Shown piece after piece: positions 36,606-46,428 of a DNA stretch of 64,000 bases. The notes beneath the pieces are model-generated. The model saw nothing but the letters and a program-made list of their open reading frames with translations, had not been told where the DNA came from and made no database searches. Source of the stretch: Minisyncoccota bacterium (GTDB lineage Bacteria; Patescibacteriota; Minisyncoccia; UBA6257; 2-01-FULL-56-20); NCBI GenBank assembly GCA_036510525.1, contig DATCDU010000011.1, positions 2,241 to 66,240 on the forward strand, read 5' to 3'. The first letter of the stretch is position 1, and each line of letters starts with the position of its first letter. A program made the translations under genes and the position numbers.

Positions 36606-36633
36606 ATATTATCCTTTATAGGGGAAAAGTCAA
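36606..36633 (-). promoter_or_regulatory. sigma70-like promoter (TTGACT, 16 nt, TAATAT) directly after the trxB stop codon
   Basis: Minus-strand sequence is TTGACTtttcccctataaaggaTAATAT. Within the shared block TTAAAAAAAGTTAAAAAAGTTTTTGACTTTTC. Confidence 0.45.
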
Positions 36634-36641
36634 AAACTTTT

Positions 36642-37562
36642 TTAACTTTTTTTAATCTTGTCATAGATGTTCAGCGTCGCCTTTATAGCATCCCCCACCG
36701 AGATGTTGTTCTGGTCGTAGAGCACATCGCTTACGTCGCCCGCCGCCCAGATGCCCGGACATGAGGCCTGCTGGGTCTTGTGATCCACGATCACGTGGCC
36801 GAAATCATCGAGCTTTACGAGATCCTTCACAAAATCGGAGTTCGGCACGAGTCCGATTTCCACGAACACGCCGTCGAGCGGGAGGTCTTTTGACTCGCCG
36901 GTCTTCACATCCTTATATTTGATGCCATTCACGAATGTCTCGCCTTTGATCTCCTCGATCACAGAATTCCATAGTATCTGCACGCTCGGATGGCTCTTGA
37001 CCTTCTCTTGCGTGACGGGGTCCCCGCGCAAAACCTCTGAGCGGACGAAAAGATATATCTTGGAAGCATACTGCAAAAGATCTTCCACGCCCTCGAGCGC
37101 GGAGTTGCCGCCGCCCACGACCGCCACCGTCTTGCCGCCGAAGAGCGGCGCGTCGCATGTGGTGCAGAACACGACGCCTTTGCCGTCGAACTTGTCCTCG
37201 CCCGGCACGCCGAGCCGCTTGCGGCGCGATCCGGAGGTGAGCAGGACATATTTCGTCTCGAGCGTTTTGCTGTTCTTCGTCGTCACCGAGAACGTCCCGT
37301 CGTCTTTTTTGACCACCCCCGCGACGAGGTCGCCATCTATGATATCGATACCGGTTTGCGCGCGCAGATGCTCCTCCAGGTTTTTTGCGAGATCAAAACC
37401 GGAGATCGATTTAGTGCCGATCCAGTTCTCGATGCCATTGGAAACCAAAGACTGGCCGCCAAATGTGTCGGTGATCAAGGCCGTCTTCATTTTTTTTCTC
37501 GCGGCATAGATGCCGGCAGCAACGCCGCCCGGCCCTCCGCCGATAATGATCAGGTCGTACAT
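36642..37562 (-). CDS. trxB: thioredoxin-disulfide reductase
   Basis: Dinucleotide-binding motifs IIIGGGPGG and VVGGGNS. Redox-active CTTC; the supplied translation reads FCTTCD. AAGDV near the C-terminus. Confidence 0.9.
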   Translation of the reverse strand: MYDLIIIGGGPGGVAAGIYAARKKMKTALITDTFGGQSLVSNGIENWIGTKSISGFDLAKNLEEHLRAQTGIDIIDGDLVAGVVKKDDGTFSVTTKNSKTLETKYVLLTSGSRRKRLGVPGEDKFDGKGVVFCTTCDAPLFGGKTVAVVGGGNSALEGVEDLLQYASKIYLFVRSEVLRGDPVTQEKVKSHPSVQILWNSVIEEIKGETFVNGIKYKDVKTGESKDLPLDGVFVEIGLVPNSDFVKDLVKLDDFGHVIVDHKTQQASCPGIWAAGDVSDVLYDQNNISVGDAIKATLNIYDKIKKS

Positions 37563-37804
37563 TATGCCTTCTTCAATCCGAGCAACCCCTCGATCGTCTT
37601 CTGATCGAATCCGATGACGATGTTGTTGTCGATGTCGATCACGGGTACGCCGAGCTGGTGGGACTTGTTGACCATGTCCTCGCGCGCTTTCATATCCGCC
37701 GCGACGTCGTGCTCTTCATACGCGATGTTGTTCTTCTTGAAAAACTCTTTTGCCATTTTGCAGTAGACGCAGGTCGGAGTGCTGTAGATGGTTACTGTTG
37801 CCAT
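37562..37804 (-). CDS. glutaredoxin-like protein (NrdH/Grx family)
   Basis: 80 aa, TIYSTPTCVYCKMAKEFFKKNNIAYEEHDV, with a CxxC motif. Confidence 0.8.
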   Translation of the reverse strand: MATVTIYSTPTCVYCKMAKEFFKKNNIAYEEHDVAADMKAREDMVNKSHQLGVPVIDIDNNIVIGFDQKTIEGLLGLKKA

Positions 37805-37833
37805 AGTGGTGGTGATAGTATTAAAAATTTATT

Positions 37834-38061
37834 TTATTCGACGTTGTTGTTTTTTGTTTTCTTTTTTGTCTTTTGGGATTCGTCCGTGACGGGCACTACT
37901 CCTTCCGATCCTCCGAACCTCGTCCATGCACTCATGAGGATCAGCAGAAGTCCTATCAATACATTACACCATTTCGCGAGGGATATATCGGAAAACCCCA
38001 AAACCCACGGAGAGGCTATCATTATAATGCCAATGACGAACTCCGTCCAGTTCTCTGCCAT
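37834..38061 (-). CDS. SPW-repeat small membrane protein
   Basis: 75 aa with two transmembrane helices. ASPWVLGF resembles an SPW repeat. Lys-rich tail. Confidence 0.45.
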   Translation of the reverse strand: MAENWTEFVIGIIMIASPWVLGFSDISLAKWCNVLIGLLLILMSAWTRFGGSEGVVPVTDESQKTKKKTKNNNVE

Positions 38062-38073
38062 GGCTCTATTTTA

Positions 38074-38823
38074 TTATCCCTGCAACGCGCTGTCCAATGC
38101 CTGTTGGAAGACCGAATACGGCTGGGCGCCTGTGATCATGGTGCCGTTGATCAGGAACGACGGCGTGGAATCGACGCCTGCTGTCGTCGCAGCGCCCTTC
38201 TCCTGCGCCACGATGTTGGCATCGGTGTTGTTATTGACGCAGCTCGTGAACGTGGGGATGTTCAACCCTGTCTGCTCTGCAAGTTTAAGGAACTCTGCCG
38301 TCGTAAAGAAGTTATCATCTTCCTGTCCGCCCGCGGCGTCATCCGCCACTTTGGCGGAATAGAGCGCGTCATGATATGGCCAAAGCTTGTTCTGGTCTTC
38401 CGCACATTGCGCAGCCTCCGCGGCGGCAGTGGACTCCGGGCCGAGGAAGGCGAAATCTCTGAACACCATACGCGCCTTGCCGGTGTTCACGTAATTCTGG
38501 ATGATCTGCGGCTCCGTCTGGCTGAAGAACTCGCCGCAGAACGGACATTGATAATCGCCGTACTCGATGAGCGTCACCTTTGCGTTCGCGTTCCCAAGGA
38601 TCGCATCGCGCGAGCCGAGTGTCATCGCCTGAGCGGCGGTTTCGGTCGTAGAGGTCACCGCTCCGGTATCGCCAGCCGGCGCCGCCGGGGCGCTACCGGG
38701 TTTGTACAGCGTCGCGAACACGATCGCCCCGCCCACTAAAATCGCGGCGGCAAGGATGCTGATCGGCAAAAACATATCACGCTTTCCTTTTCGGGAAACA
38801 ATCGAGTTTTCTTGTTCGTCCAT
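38074..38823 (-). CDS. DsbA family thiol:disulfide oxidoreductase, membrane-anchored
   Basis: N-terminal transmembrane helix. YGDYQCPFCGEF is a CxxC thioredoxin-fold motif. Confidence 0.8.
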   Translation of the reverse strand: MDEQENSIVSRKGKRDMFLPISILAAAILVGGAIVFATLYKPGSAPAAPAGDTGAVTSTTETAAQAMTLGSRDAILGNANAKVTLIEYGDYQCPFCGEFFSQTEPQIIQNYVNTGKARMVFRDFAFLGPESTAAAEAAQCAEDQNKLWPYHDALYSAKVADDAAGGQEDDNFFTTAEFLKLAEQTGLNIPTFTSCVNNNTDANIVAQEKGAATTAGVDSTPSFLINGTMITGAQPYSVFQQALDSALQG

Positions 38824-38866
38824 AGTTTTTATATTTTCTTAATGATACCGCAGGGCCAAGGGCGCA

Positions 38867-39517
38867 TCAAGAGGCAAATAGTGCGTAATCGCGGGGGAAA
38901 AGCTTGGCGGTGATGACATACATGCCGTACACGATGAACGGCGCGGCAAAGACGTCGATGGAATAATGCACATGTGCCAGAAGCACGCTCGCGCCGAAAA
39001 AAATGGCCAGGAAAAGGAATAGGTATCGTAGATATTTATTGTCCCAGAATATCAGCGCCAAAAGGAATGGGAACGCGGTGTGCCCCGAATAGAAAAAGTT
39101 TCCCTGGAAGGTGATGAGGTGGTACAGGCCGTAGCCGTGGTTATGCGGCCCGGGGGAATATTGGAGCGGATATGGGCCGACGTGCGTAAGGCTGAAGAAG
39201 AATGCGCGCGAGACGATGTAGAGCGCAATCGCCTTGGTGCTGAAGATAAGATAGCGCGGGTTCACAATCAATAACACCCATGCGAACACCCAGAGGATGA
39301 TCGCGCCGCTCACGATGATCGGGTCGAGGTTCACGAGCGGGAGATTGTCCAAAAAGATATCCCGCACCGGCGCGGCATTCACGGCCACGCGCGCGGAGAA
39401 GCGGCCCAGCACGATCTGGACAACGACGCTGAGCGCAAGCAGAAGCACGCCGAGCCACATTGAGCGCTTGCGCGCGGGCGTCCAAAACCCTTTGTGTTCT
39501 TTGAAGACCGCAAGCAT
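38867..39517 (-). CDS. PAP2-like superfamily membrane protein
   Basis: The C-terminal 217 aa of the 435-aa track ORF. FYSGHTAFPF (PSGH-like) and AHVHYSIDVFAAP (SRx5Hx3D-like). The upstream 218 aa of the track ORF is antisense to the DedA gene and is rejected. Confidence 0.55.
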   Translation of the reverse strand: MLAVFKEHKGFWTPARKRSMWLGVLLLALSVVVQIVLGRFSARVAVNAAPVRDIFLDNLPLVNLDPIIVSGAIILWVFAWVLLIVNPRYLIFSTKAIALYIVSRAFFFSLTHVGPYPLQYSPGPHNHGYGLYHLITFQGNFFYSGHTAFPFLLALIFWDNKYLRYLFLFLAIFFGASVLLAHVHYSIDVFAAPFIVYGMYVITAKLFPRDYALFAS

Positions 39518-39535
39518 TGGTATAGTATAACAGGT

Positions 39536-40147
39536 ATGGCGCTGATCGGTCTGGGATTCCAAAACACGGTCCAATGGGTACTCCACCACGGCTACCCATT
39601 GCTCTTTATAGTGATGCTCATCGAAGGTCCGGTAATCACGGCGGCCGGAGCTTTCGCGGCGGCACTGCACTATATGAATGTGTGGACCGTGCTCCTGCTT
39701 TCCGTTCTCGCAAACCTTATCCCCGACCTCGTATATTACGCGATCGGCTACTGGGGCCGCGCAAGCTTCATTAATAAATATGGCCACTATATCGGAATCA
39801 CACCGGAGCGCATTGCGACGACGGAAAAGTTGGCGGAGCAGCATTCCGGAAAATCGATCTTTATGATAAAGATGCTGCCGCTCCTCGCCACGCCGGGACT
39901 CATCCTTGTGGGAGCAACAAGGATGGATGTCAAAAAATATGCCTTCTGGTCTCTCGTCGTCACCGTCCCCACTTCTCTCCTTTATTTGATCATCGGCTAT
40001 TACTTCGGCGCGGCGTACAACACGATCCAGCACTACCTCAATCTCGGGATATACGTCGCTCTCGCGGCGGTCGCGGTCATCATTCTCATCGCCTATTTCC
40101 AGAGAAAGTATTTCGCCGGGCTGAAGAAAAAAATCGGATTGGAATAG
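39536..40147 (+). CDS. DedA/VTT-domain family membrane protein
   Basis: LLFIVMLIEGPVITAAGAFAAA is a DedA signature. Start set at MALIGLG (the track ORF starts at 39494). Confidence 0.75.
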   Translation: MALIGLGFQNTVQWVLHHGYPLLFIVMLIEGPVITAAGAFAAALHYMNVWTVLLLSVLANLIPDLVYYAIGYWGRASFINKYGHYIGITPERIATTEKLAEQHSGKSIFMIKMLPLLATPGLILVGATRMDVKKYAFWSLVVTVPTSLLYLIIGYYFGAAYNTIQHYLNLGIYVALAAVAVIILIAYFQRKYFAGLKKKIGLE

Positions 40148-40148
40148 C

Positions 40149-41351
40149 ATGCGCATTGCCATATTCTCGGACAATTTTTATCCTGAGCTTTCCGGTGTCT
40201 CGGATTCGGTGGTGGCCCTTGCACGGACGCTCGCCCGACGCGGACACTTCATCCGGTTCTACGCTCCCTATTATAGTGAGAAGAATTATGCCGCGATCAA
40301 TGTTCCCTTCCGCGAGCTTGATCTCGGGCCGAACGTGACCATGCACCGCCTCTTCTCCATTCCCTTCGCTATGGGTACCGAACAAGGGCGCGCGGTAATC
40401 CCGTTCGGGGCGAACGTCCGCGACGTCGCGAGGTTCGCCCCCGACATTCTCCACACGCAGATGTATTTCGGCGTCGGGCTCGAGGCAACATTCGCTTCGT
40501 GGGCGCTCAAGCGGCCGCTCGTCGGGACCCAGCACACCGCCGTGAAAGAATTTTTGCGTTATAGCCCGATTAAAGCGCAATGGTTCAAGGACGGGTTTCT
40601 TGATTACGTAAACTGGTACTACGAGCATTGTGACCTTGTGACCGCACCATCACAATGCGTGTTCGACGAGATGCGCACGCTCAACTTCAAGCAGCCGAAC
40701 ATACAAGTGATGTCAAACCCCGTTGACGTAAAAACCTTTCGACCGCTGCGCAACGGCGCAGCGCTCAAGAAAAAGTTCGGTTTTAACGACGCGACCATCA
40801 TCCACGCCGGGCGCCTCGCCATAGAACGCCACCCTGAGGTTTTGATAAAAGCGCTCCCCATCATAAAAAAAACTGTGCCGAAAGCGATGCTTGCGTTCGC
40901 CGGAAGAGGCACGATGGAGAACGAACTCCATGCGCTCACGCGATCGCTTGGCGTGGAAGACTCGGTAAAATTTTTGGGCTTTGTGGACCACCCCACGCTT
41001 TGCGAGGTCTACAACGCCGCAGAGATCTTCGGCATCACGAGCACCGACGACACGCAAAGTTTGGTGATGATGCAGGCGATGGCGGCGGGTCTTCCCGTGA
41101 TCGGCGTGAACGCACGCGGCCTGCCGGAATACATCAACGCCAAGAACGGTTACGTCGTCGAGCCGAACGACGAGCGCGCGGTCGCAGAAAAAGCGGTCTA
41201 CCTTCTTAAGCACCCCGCGATCGCGAAAAAATTGGGAACGGGAGCGCGGGCCTACGCGGAACAATTCTCAGATGGGCATATCGCAGACCAGTGGGAAGCC
41301 TTATATGGCAGAGTGGTAAACGACTATAATAAAGAGAAACGCCCTCAATGA
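40149..41351 (+). CDS. glycosyltransferase family 4 (GT-B)
   Basis: MRIAIFSDNFYPELSGVSDSVVALAR... and a C-terminal E-x7-E-type block (EIFGITSTDDTQSLVMMQAMAAGLPVI). Confidence 0.85.
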   Translation: MRIAIFSDNFYPELSGVSDSVVALARTLARRGHFIRFYAPYYSEKNYAAINVPFRELDLGPNVTMHRLFSIPFAMGTEQGRAVIPFGANVRDVARFAPDILHTQMYFGVGLEATFASWALKRPLVGTQHTAVKEFLRYSPIKAQWFKDGFLDYVNWYYEHCDLVTAPSQCVFDEMRTLNFKQPNIQVMSNPVDVKTFRPLRNGAALKKKFGFNDATIIHAGRLAIERHPEVLIKALPIIKKTVPKAMLAFAGRGTMENELHALTRSLGVEDSVKFLGFVDHPTLCEVYNAAEIFGITSTDDTQSLVMMQAMAAGLPVIGVNARGLPEYINAKNGYVVEPNDERAVAEKAVYLLKHPAIAKKLGTGARAYAEQFSDGHIADQWEALYGRVVNDYNKEKRPQ

Positions 41352-42061
41352 AAATCAGCGTTGTGATCCCGGCCTATAATGAGGAACACTATATAGGCCC
41401 GTGCATTCAAAGCGTCCAAGAACAGCATAGCGATGACATTGTGGAGATCATCGTTGTCGATAATGGATCGAAGGATAGCACCGTAGTCGCGGCGAAAAAA
41501 TTTCGCGGGGTCACCGTGCTCCAAGAGTCAAAAAAGGGGCCGTCGTTTGCGCGCCAGCTCGGCTTCACTAAAGCGACGGGTGATCATGTCGCCTTCATTG
41601 ATGCCGATACGAGAGTTCCTGTAGGATGGGTTGATAGAATAAAAAAAGAATTCGCAAAAGATCCCGCGCTCGTCTGCCTCTCCGGCCCTTTCCACTACTA
41701 TGACCTTCCTCCTATGCAAAAATTCTTTGCGGAACTATTATGGAGTATCAGCGCCGCACCAACGTATTGGATCGTCGGATTCATGGCGCTCTTCGCGAAC
41801 TGCGTCATACAGCGCGATGCGCTCCAGAAGATCGGCGGGATCGACACCAGCATCGCTTTCTATGGCGACGATACCAATATTGCATGGCGACTCAGCAAAG
41901 TAGGCAAAGTGAAGTTCCTCATGGGATTTTACATCCTTGGCTCCGGGCGTCGTCTTATCCACGACGGACTCATAAAATCATTCTATGTGTACGGGATCAG
42001 CTATGTGAAGATGGCCTACTCGCACAAAACCACGACGAAAGAATACAACGATATCCGATAA
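41348..42061 (+). CDS. glycosyltransferase family 2
   Basis: MKISVVIPAYNEEHYIGPCIQS...IVVDNGSKD...FIDADT. Confidence 0.85.
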   Translation: MKISVVIPAYNEEHYIGPCIQSVQEQHSDDIVEIIVVDNGSKDSTVVAAKKFRGVTVLQESKKGPSFARQLGFTKATGDHVAFIDADTRVPVGWVDRIKKEFAKDPALVCLSGPFHYYDLPPMQKFFAELLWSISAAPTYWIVGFMALFANCVIQRDALQKIGGIDTSIAFYGDDTNIAWRLSKVGKVKFLMGFYILGSGRRLIHDGLIKSFYVYGISYVKMAYSHKTTTKEYNDIR

Positions 42062-42073
42062 TTTATTTATTTC

Positions 42074-42607
42074 ATGGAAAAACTCTCTCCAAAGAATCGG
42101 GCTGCCATCGCAACGCTGATATTCGTGTTGTTCGGCGTGATCGGCGTCGTGATCGCGCGGAACAACCTCGTCATCGCGTGGCCGCCGATCCTCTTCTACG
42201 CGCTGCTTGTGTGGAACGATTACTATTCCATAAAACATTTTTCCAAACTTATCCCGCCGAACAAGACGTCGCAGGTGGTCATCGATATCGCCCTCGTCGT
42301 TCTTCATTTCGTATCGGTGCTCTTCTTCTCAAATCCGTTCCTGTTCACGATCGCGATGACGGTGCTCTTCATCCTCGCAGTGCTCAAATATGCCGGCGAT
42401 CTTCCTTCCATAAAGAATTCACAGGTGCTGTATCGCAAGGTGAAGATCGACGCGCTCGGGGCGCTCATTTCCGCGCTCGCGCTCGCCGGCATGTTCTCCG
42501 GCTTTCCGTGGCAATCGACGATCGCGTGGACGGTCATCTTCGCGTGCGCAAGCGTGTATGTCATCATCATCAATCCCCTCTATCAAGACACTCTCGGAAC
42601 GGCATGA
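42074..42607 (+). CDS. hypothetical polytopic membrane protein
   Basis: 177 aa with ~5 transmembrane helices, positioned between two paralogous GT2 genes. Confidence 0.5.
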   Translation: MEKLSPKNRAAIATLIFVLFGVIGVVIARNNLVIAWPPILFYALLVWNDYYSIKHFSKLIPPNKTSQVVIDIALVVLHFVSVLFFSNPFLFTIAMTVLFILAVLKYAGDLPSIKNSQVLYRKVKIDALGALISALALAGMFSGFPWQSTIAWTVIFACASVYVIIINPLYQDTLGTA

Positions 42608-43479
42608 TGAAAATTAGTTTTGTCATCCCCGCATATAACGAAGAGGGGTATATCAAGCTGTGTCTCGACGCGATCATCCGCGAGATCGCCGGACGCGAGG
42701 GATACGAGATCATTGTCGTTGACAACAACTCCACGGACAAAACGTGCGAGGTCGTCGCGCGCGACTATCCGACCGTGACGCTTATCCATGAGCCACGGCG
42801 CGGCGCCAACAGCGCGCGCGAGGCGGGATTTGTTGCATCCAAGGGAGATCTCGTCGCGTTCCTGGATGCCGATACGGAGGTGACGCCCGGCTGGATCGGC
42901 CGCGCCGAGCGCGCGTTCGCCAAGGACCCGAACCTGGTGTGCCTCTCCGGGCCGTTCATCTATTACGATCTGCCCGTCGCCATCAGGATATTGGTAAAAA
43001 TATTCTATGGGATATCCTATATTGTGTGCCTCGTGAATAATTTCATCTTCCGAAACATGTCGATCATTCAGGGCGGCACGGAGATCGTGCGCCACGATGC
43101 GCTCCAAAAGATCGGTGGCCACGACGTGAAGCTCACCTTCTATGGAGACGATGCGGACCTCGCCCGGCGGCTAAGCAAAGTGGGCAAAGTGCGTTTCTCT
43201 TTCAATTTCGCCATTCGTTCCTCGGGGCGGCGGCTTGCCAAGGAAGGCATGTTCACCATGGCGTGGCGCTATACGCTCAATTATTGGTGGATCACGCTGT
43301 TCAGTCGTCCATTTACCAAGACCGCGACCGAGGTGCGCTTTGGAGGCGATGGGTTGGCCTACCGACCGGAGAGCAGGATAAAAGAATGGGTGCTTGGAGT
43401 CGCCGCCATCGTGGTCGTTGCGATGATGGCCGCCGTCGTGGTACTCCTTGTTTACGGCCTCTCCCGCTTCCGCTTATAA
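42604..43479 (+). CDS. glycosyltransferase family 2 (paralog of 41348..42061) with C-terminal TM anchor
   Basis: MMKISFVIPAYNEEGYIKLCLDA...IVVDNNSTDKT...FLDADT...FYGDDADLARRLSKVGKV. The longer track ORF 41740..43479 is a frame artefact upstream of this ATG. Confidence 0.8.
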   Translation: MMKISFVIPAYNEEGYIKLCLDAIIREIAGREGYEIIVVDNNSTDKTCEVVARDYPTVTLIHEPRRGANSAREAGFVASKGDLVAFLDADTEVTPGWIGRAERAFAKDPNLVCLSGPFIYYDLPVAIRILVKIFYGISYIVCLVNNFIFRNMSIIQGGTEIVRHDALQKIGGHDVKLTFYGDDADLARRLSKVGKVRFSFNFAIRSSGRRLAKEGMFTMAWRYTLNYWWITLFSRPFTKTATEVRFGGDGLAYRPESRIKEWVLGVAAIVVVAMMAAVVVLLVYGLSRFRL

Positions 43480-43489
43480 TAAGGAGGTT

Positions 43490-44827
43490 ATGGATTTTGG
43501 GAATAAACTGAAGGTCTTCCTCTTTTTCGTCGCCGATGCGGTCGCGCTCTATGTGGCACTCTTCATCACGCTCCTGATCCGCTACCGCGGTGATTTTTAT
43601 ACCGAGTTTCTGAACGCCCACGCCATCCCTTTCACGATCATTTTCGTATTGTGGATCATCGTTTTCTACATCGCGGGCCTGTATGACCTGCGCCGCCTGC
43701 GGAACAATCTCGACTTCATCAAAACGCTTTTCTTATGCCTCGGCATCAACGCCACACTCGCGGTGCTGCTCTTTTACCTGATCCCCGTGTTCGGCATCGC
43801 GCCAAAAACAAATCTTCTGATCTTCATCGTCGTCTTCGCGTTCATTGAGGTGTTCTGGCGCCGCTTTCTGAACCGCGTGATGGCATTCGGCGAGGCGCCG
43901 AACAGAGTGCTGATCATTGGCGATGGCGTGATCGGCGAAGAGATAAAGCGGACGATCGCCGAGGCCCCGCAGCTTGGTTACGCGATCAAGGCAGAAATGG
44001 AGGAGAAAGCCGCATATGCCTCGCCGCAAGAGATAAAGGCGATCGCCCGGCGCGAGGGCGTCAATCTTATCATCATTTCCCACAAGCTCAAACACGAACC
44101 GGCGCTCGTGGCGGTGCTCTACGAGCTCTTTGCCGCGGGCGTCGTCGTGACCGACCTCGTTAGTTTCTACGAGCTGATCATGCGTAAGGTCCCGCTCTCG
44201 GGCGTGCAGGAGACGTGGTTCCTGGAGAATATCGCACAGCAGGTGAGCTTCTATGATCCGCTCAAGCGCGCATCAGAATTCATCGGTGCGCTCGCGATCG
44301 GGATCATCTTGCTTCCATTCGAGATCATCATTGCTCTCCTCGTCGCGCTCACTTCGCGCGGACCGATCATCTTCAGGCAGGTGCGCGTGGGGGAGCGCGG
44401 AAAGGACTTCACGCTCTATAAATTTCGCAGCATGCGCGCGGATGCGGAGAAGGACGGCGCGAAGTGGGCGGCAAAGAACGACGCGCGCACAACGCCGATC
44501 GGTGGCATCCTCCGCGCGTCACACCTGGACGAGCTGCCGCAGCTCTGGAACATCATCCGCGGCGATCTCTCATTTGTCGGCCCGCGGCCGGAGCGGCCGG
44601 AGTTCGTGGCCAAACTCGCGGCGCGGATCCCCTATTACGAAGCGCGGCTTTTCATCAAGCCCGGCGTCACCGGATGGGCCCAGATCAACCATCGCGCCGA
44701 CCTTACCGACGCGGATGTGGCAGAGAAATTGCAATATGATATTTATTACCTCAAAAACCGCTCCCCCATTCTGGACTGGACCATCGTCCTGAAAACGTTA
44801 AAATCAATATTTATAAACCCGGAATAG
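43490..44827 (+). CDS. polyprenyl-phosphate sugar phosphotransferase (WbaP/EpsL-like bacterial sugar transferase), initiating glycosyltransferase
   Basis: C-terminal bacterial sugar transferase domain PIIFRQVRVGERGKDFTLYKFRSMRADAE...LDELPQLWNIIRGDLSFVGPRPERPEF. AAGGAGG ribosome-binding site before the ATG at 43490. Confidence 0.88.
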   Translation: MDFGNKLKVFLFFVADAVALYVALFITLLIRYRGDFYTEFLNAHAIPFTIIFVLWIIVFYIAGLYDLRRLRNNLDFIKTLFLCLGINATLAVLLFYLIPVFGIAPKTNLLIFIVVFAFIEVFWRRFLNRVMAFGEAPNRVLIIGDGVIGEEIKRTIAEAPQLGYAIKAEMEEKAAYASPQEIKAIARREGVNLIIISHKLKHEPALVAVLYELFAAGVVVTDLVSFYELIMRKVPLSGVQETWFLENIAQQVSFYDPLKRASEFIGALAIGIILLPFEIIIALLVALTSRGPIIFRQVRVGERGKDFTLYKFRSMRADAEKDGAKWAAKNDARTTPIGGILRASHLDELPQLWNIIRGDLSFVGPRPERPEFVAKLAARIPYYEARLFIKPGVTGWAQINHRADLTDADVAEKLQYDIYYLKNRSPILDWTIVLKTLKSIFINPE

Positions 44828-44945
44828 AAAATAACAAGGGACGCTGTTTCGCTCCTGCGTAAGAACGCCCGCTCACTCAACAGCGTCCCTTGTTATTTTC
44901 TGAGTGGGAAGATAAATCGCTAGTCTTGGTATAGTATTAAAGAAT

Positions 44946-45869
44946 ATGAAAATAATAGTAACAGGAGGGGCAGGATTTATCGCATCGCACATCGTGGACG
45001 CATATATAAAAGCAGGCCACCGCGTGGCCGTCATTGACGATCTCTCGAAGGGTTTCCGCAGGAACGTCAATCCAAAGGCGAAGTTCTATAAAGCGGACAT
45101 CACTGATCTCGCGGCAATGGAAAAGATATTTAAAAAAGAACGGCCGGAAATGGTGAACCACCACGCGTCGATCGCGGAGGTCTCGCGCTCCATGCGCGAT
45201 CCAATCCCCACGCTCACAGTAAATGTGCTCGGCACCGCAAATGTGCTCATGGCGTTCGGACACCATGGCCGCGGCGGCGCGCGCAGAAAATTCATCTTCG
45301 CTTCCACCGGCGGCGCGATGTATGGAGATCCCAAACATCTTCCCGTGGACGAACGCACGCCCATCGATCCCCTTTCACCCTATGGACTTTCGAAAAAACT
45401 CGCCGAGGATACCATTGTGTTCTACGCGAAACAGTTCGGATTCGACCATTTCATCTTCCGCTATGCGAACGTATTCGGCCCGCGTCAAAATCCGCATGGC
45501 GAGGCCGGCATCGTGGCGATCTTCGGCGAACTGATGAAGGCCGGCAAGACGCCCACAATATTCGGCGACGGCACCAAGGCGCGGGATTATGTGTATGTGA
45601 GTGACGTCGCTGCGGCAAACCTGGCGGCGCTCCGGCGCGGAAAGAACACGACCGTGAACATCGGGCGCGGAAAGATCATTACCGATCGCGAAATGTTCGA
45701 TGCGATCGCCGAAGCGATGGAGTTCGAGGGAAAACCGAAATATGCGGCCTATCGCAAAGGAGAAATATATCGGATCAGTCTCGACGCCGCGAAAGCACGC
45801 AGAATCTTAGGCTGGAAGCCAAAAGTAGAATTTAAAAAAGGGGTCCGGGAAGCAACGAAAGGGATCTAG
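44946..45869 (+). CDS. NAD-dependent epimerase/dehydratase (UDP-sugar 4-epimerase-like extended SDR)
   Basis: MKIIVTGGAGFIASHIVDAY and the YxxxK catalytic pair. Confidence 0.85.
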   Translation: MKIIVTGGAGFIASHIVDAYIKAGHRVAVIDDLSKGFRRNVNPKAKFYKADITDLAAMEKIFKKERPEMVNHHASIAEVSRSMRDPIPTLTVNVLGTANVLMAFGHHGRGGARRKFIFASTGGAMYGDPKHLPVDERTPIDPLSPYGLSKKLAEDTIVFYAKQFGFDHFIFRYANVFGPRQNPHGEAGIVAIFGELMKAGKTPTIFGDGTKARDYVYVSDVAAANLAALRRGKNTTVNIGRGKIITDREMFDAIAEAMEFEGKPKYAAYRKGEIYRISLDAAKARRILGWKPKVEFKKGVREATKGI

Positions 45870-46363
45870 CGCTTCTTCTTTTTTGCTGCGCGAGCGAAGT
45901 GTTTCTTGAGCAGCCACGAGCTGGACTGTACTTTCCCGCCTTTGCCAACATTGAAGATCATTTTAATATTCAGCTCTTTGCATGTGGCCATGTCCTTGTG
46001 TAGTGATGAGTCGGGATTGGCTGCGTCAGTTTCGTTCCGGTCGCCGCCATTCGCGAAGATCTGCGGCTTTACCTCGCGTAATGTCCGCGAGACGCTCATA
46101 TCGGTATCGTTCGGCCGATGCTTCGTGATGACCACCCGATCCACCGTCCGGAGCGCTTCGATCACTTCCTTGCGCTCCTTTTCCGGCATAAAGGAGGATC
46201 CTTTTTTCTTCTTGAGCCAGTTGTCGTTGTTCAGGATGACGACAAGTTCATCCCCCAACGCCCGCGCGCGCTCGAACATCCGAATGTGACCGATATGGAT
46301 CGGGTCGAAGCCGCCGGAAACTGCCACTACTACTTTTTTCTTTCTCTTGGTCTTCTTTGCCAT
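45866..46363 (-). CDS. cytidylyltransferase-like nucleotidyltransferase (RfaE domain II/TagD-like HIGH-motif family)
   Basis: VAVSGGFDPIHIGHIRMFERA, a (H/T)xGH nucleotidyltransferase motif. Lys-rich termini. Confidence 0.7.
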   Translation of the reverse strand: MAKKTKRKKKVVVAVSGGFDPIHIGHIRMFERARALGDELVVILNNDNWLKKKKGSSFMPEKERKEVIEALRTVDRVVITKHRPNDTDMSVSRTLREVKPQIFANGGDRNETDAANPDSSLHKDMATCKELNIKMIFNVGKGGKVQSSSWLLKKHFARAAKKKKR

Positions 46364-46428
46364 ATGAATTTACGGATGCCATTTTTTCGGCTATCCTATC
46401 TATATATTATACATCAGACCTCCTTCTT

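Noticed and set aside
39518-40174. N-terminal 218 aa of the 435-aa track ORF 38867..40174
   Set aside because: Acid/Arg-rich low-complexity antisense of the DedA gene on the plus strand. Only the C-terminal PAP2-like portion (38867..39517, starting at an internal ATG) looks like a real membrane protein.
41740-42603. Upstream 288 codons of the 579-aa track ORF 41740..43479
   Set aside because: A different frame, read through the first GT2 gene and the 5-TM membrane protein gene. The GT2 paralog starts at ATG 42604.
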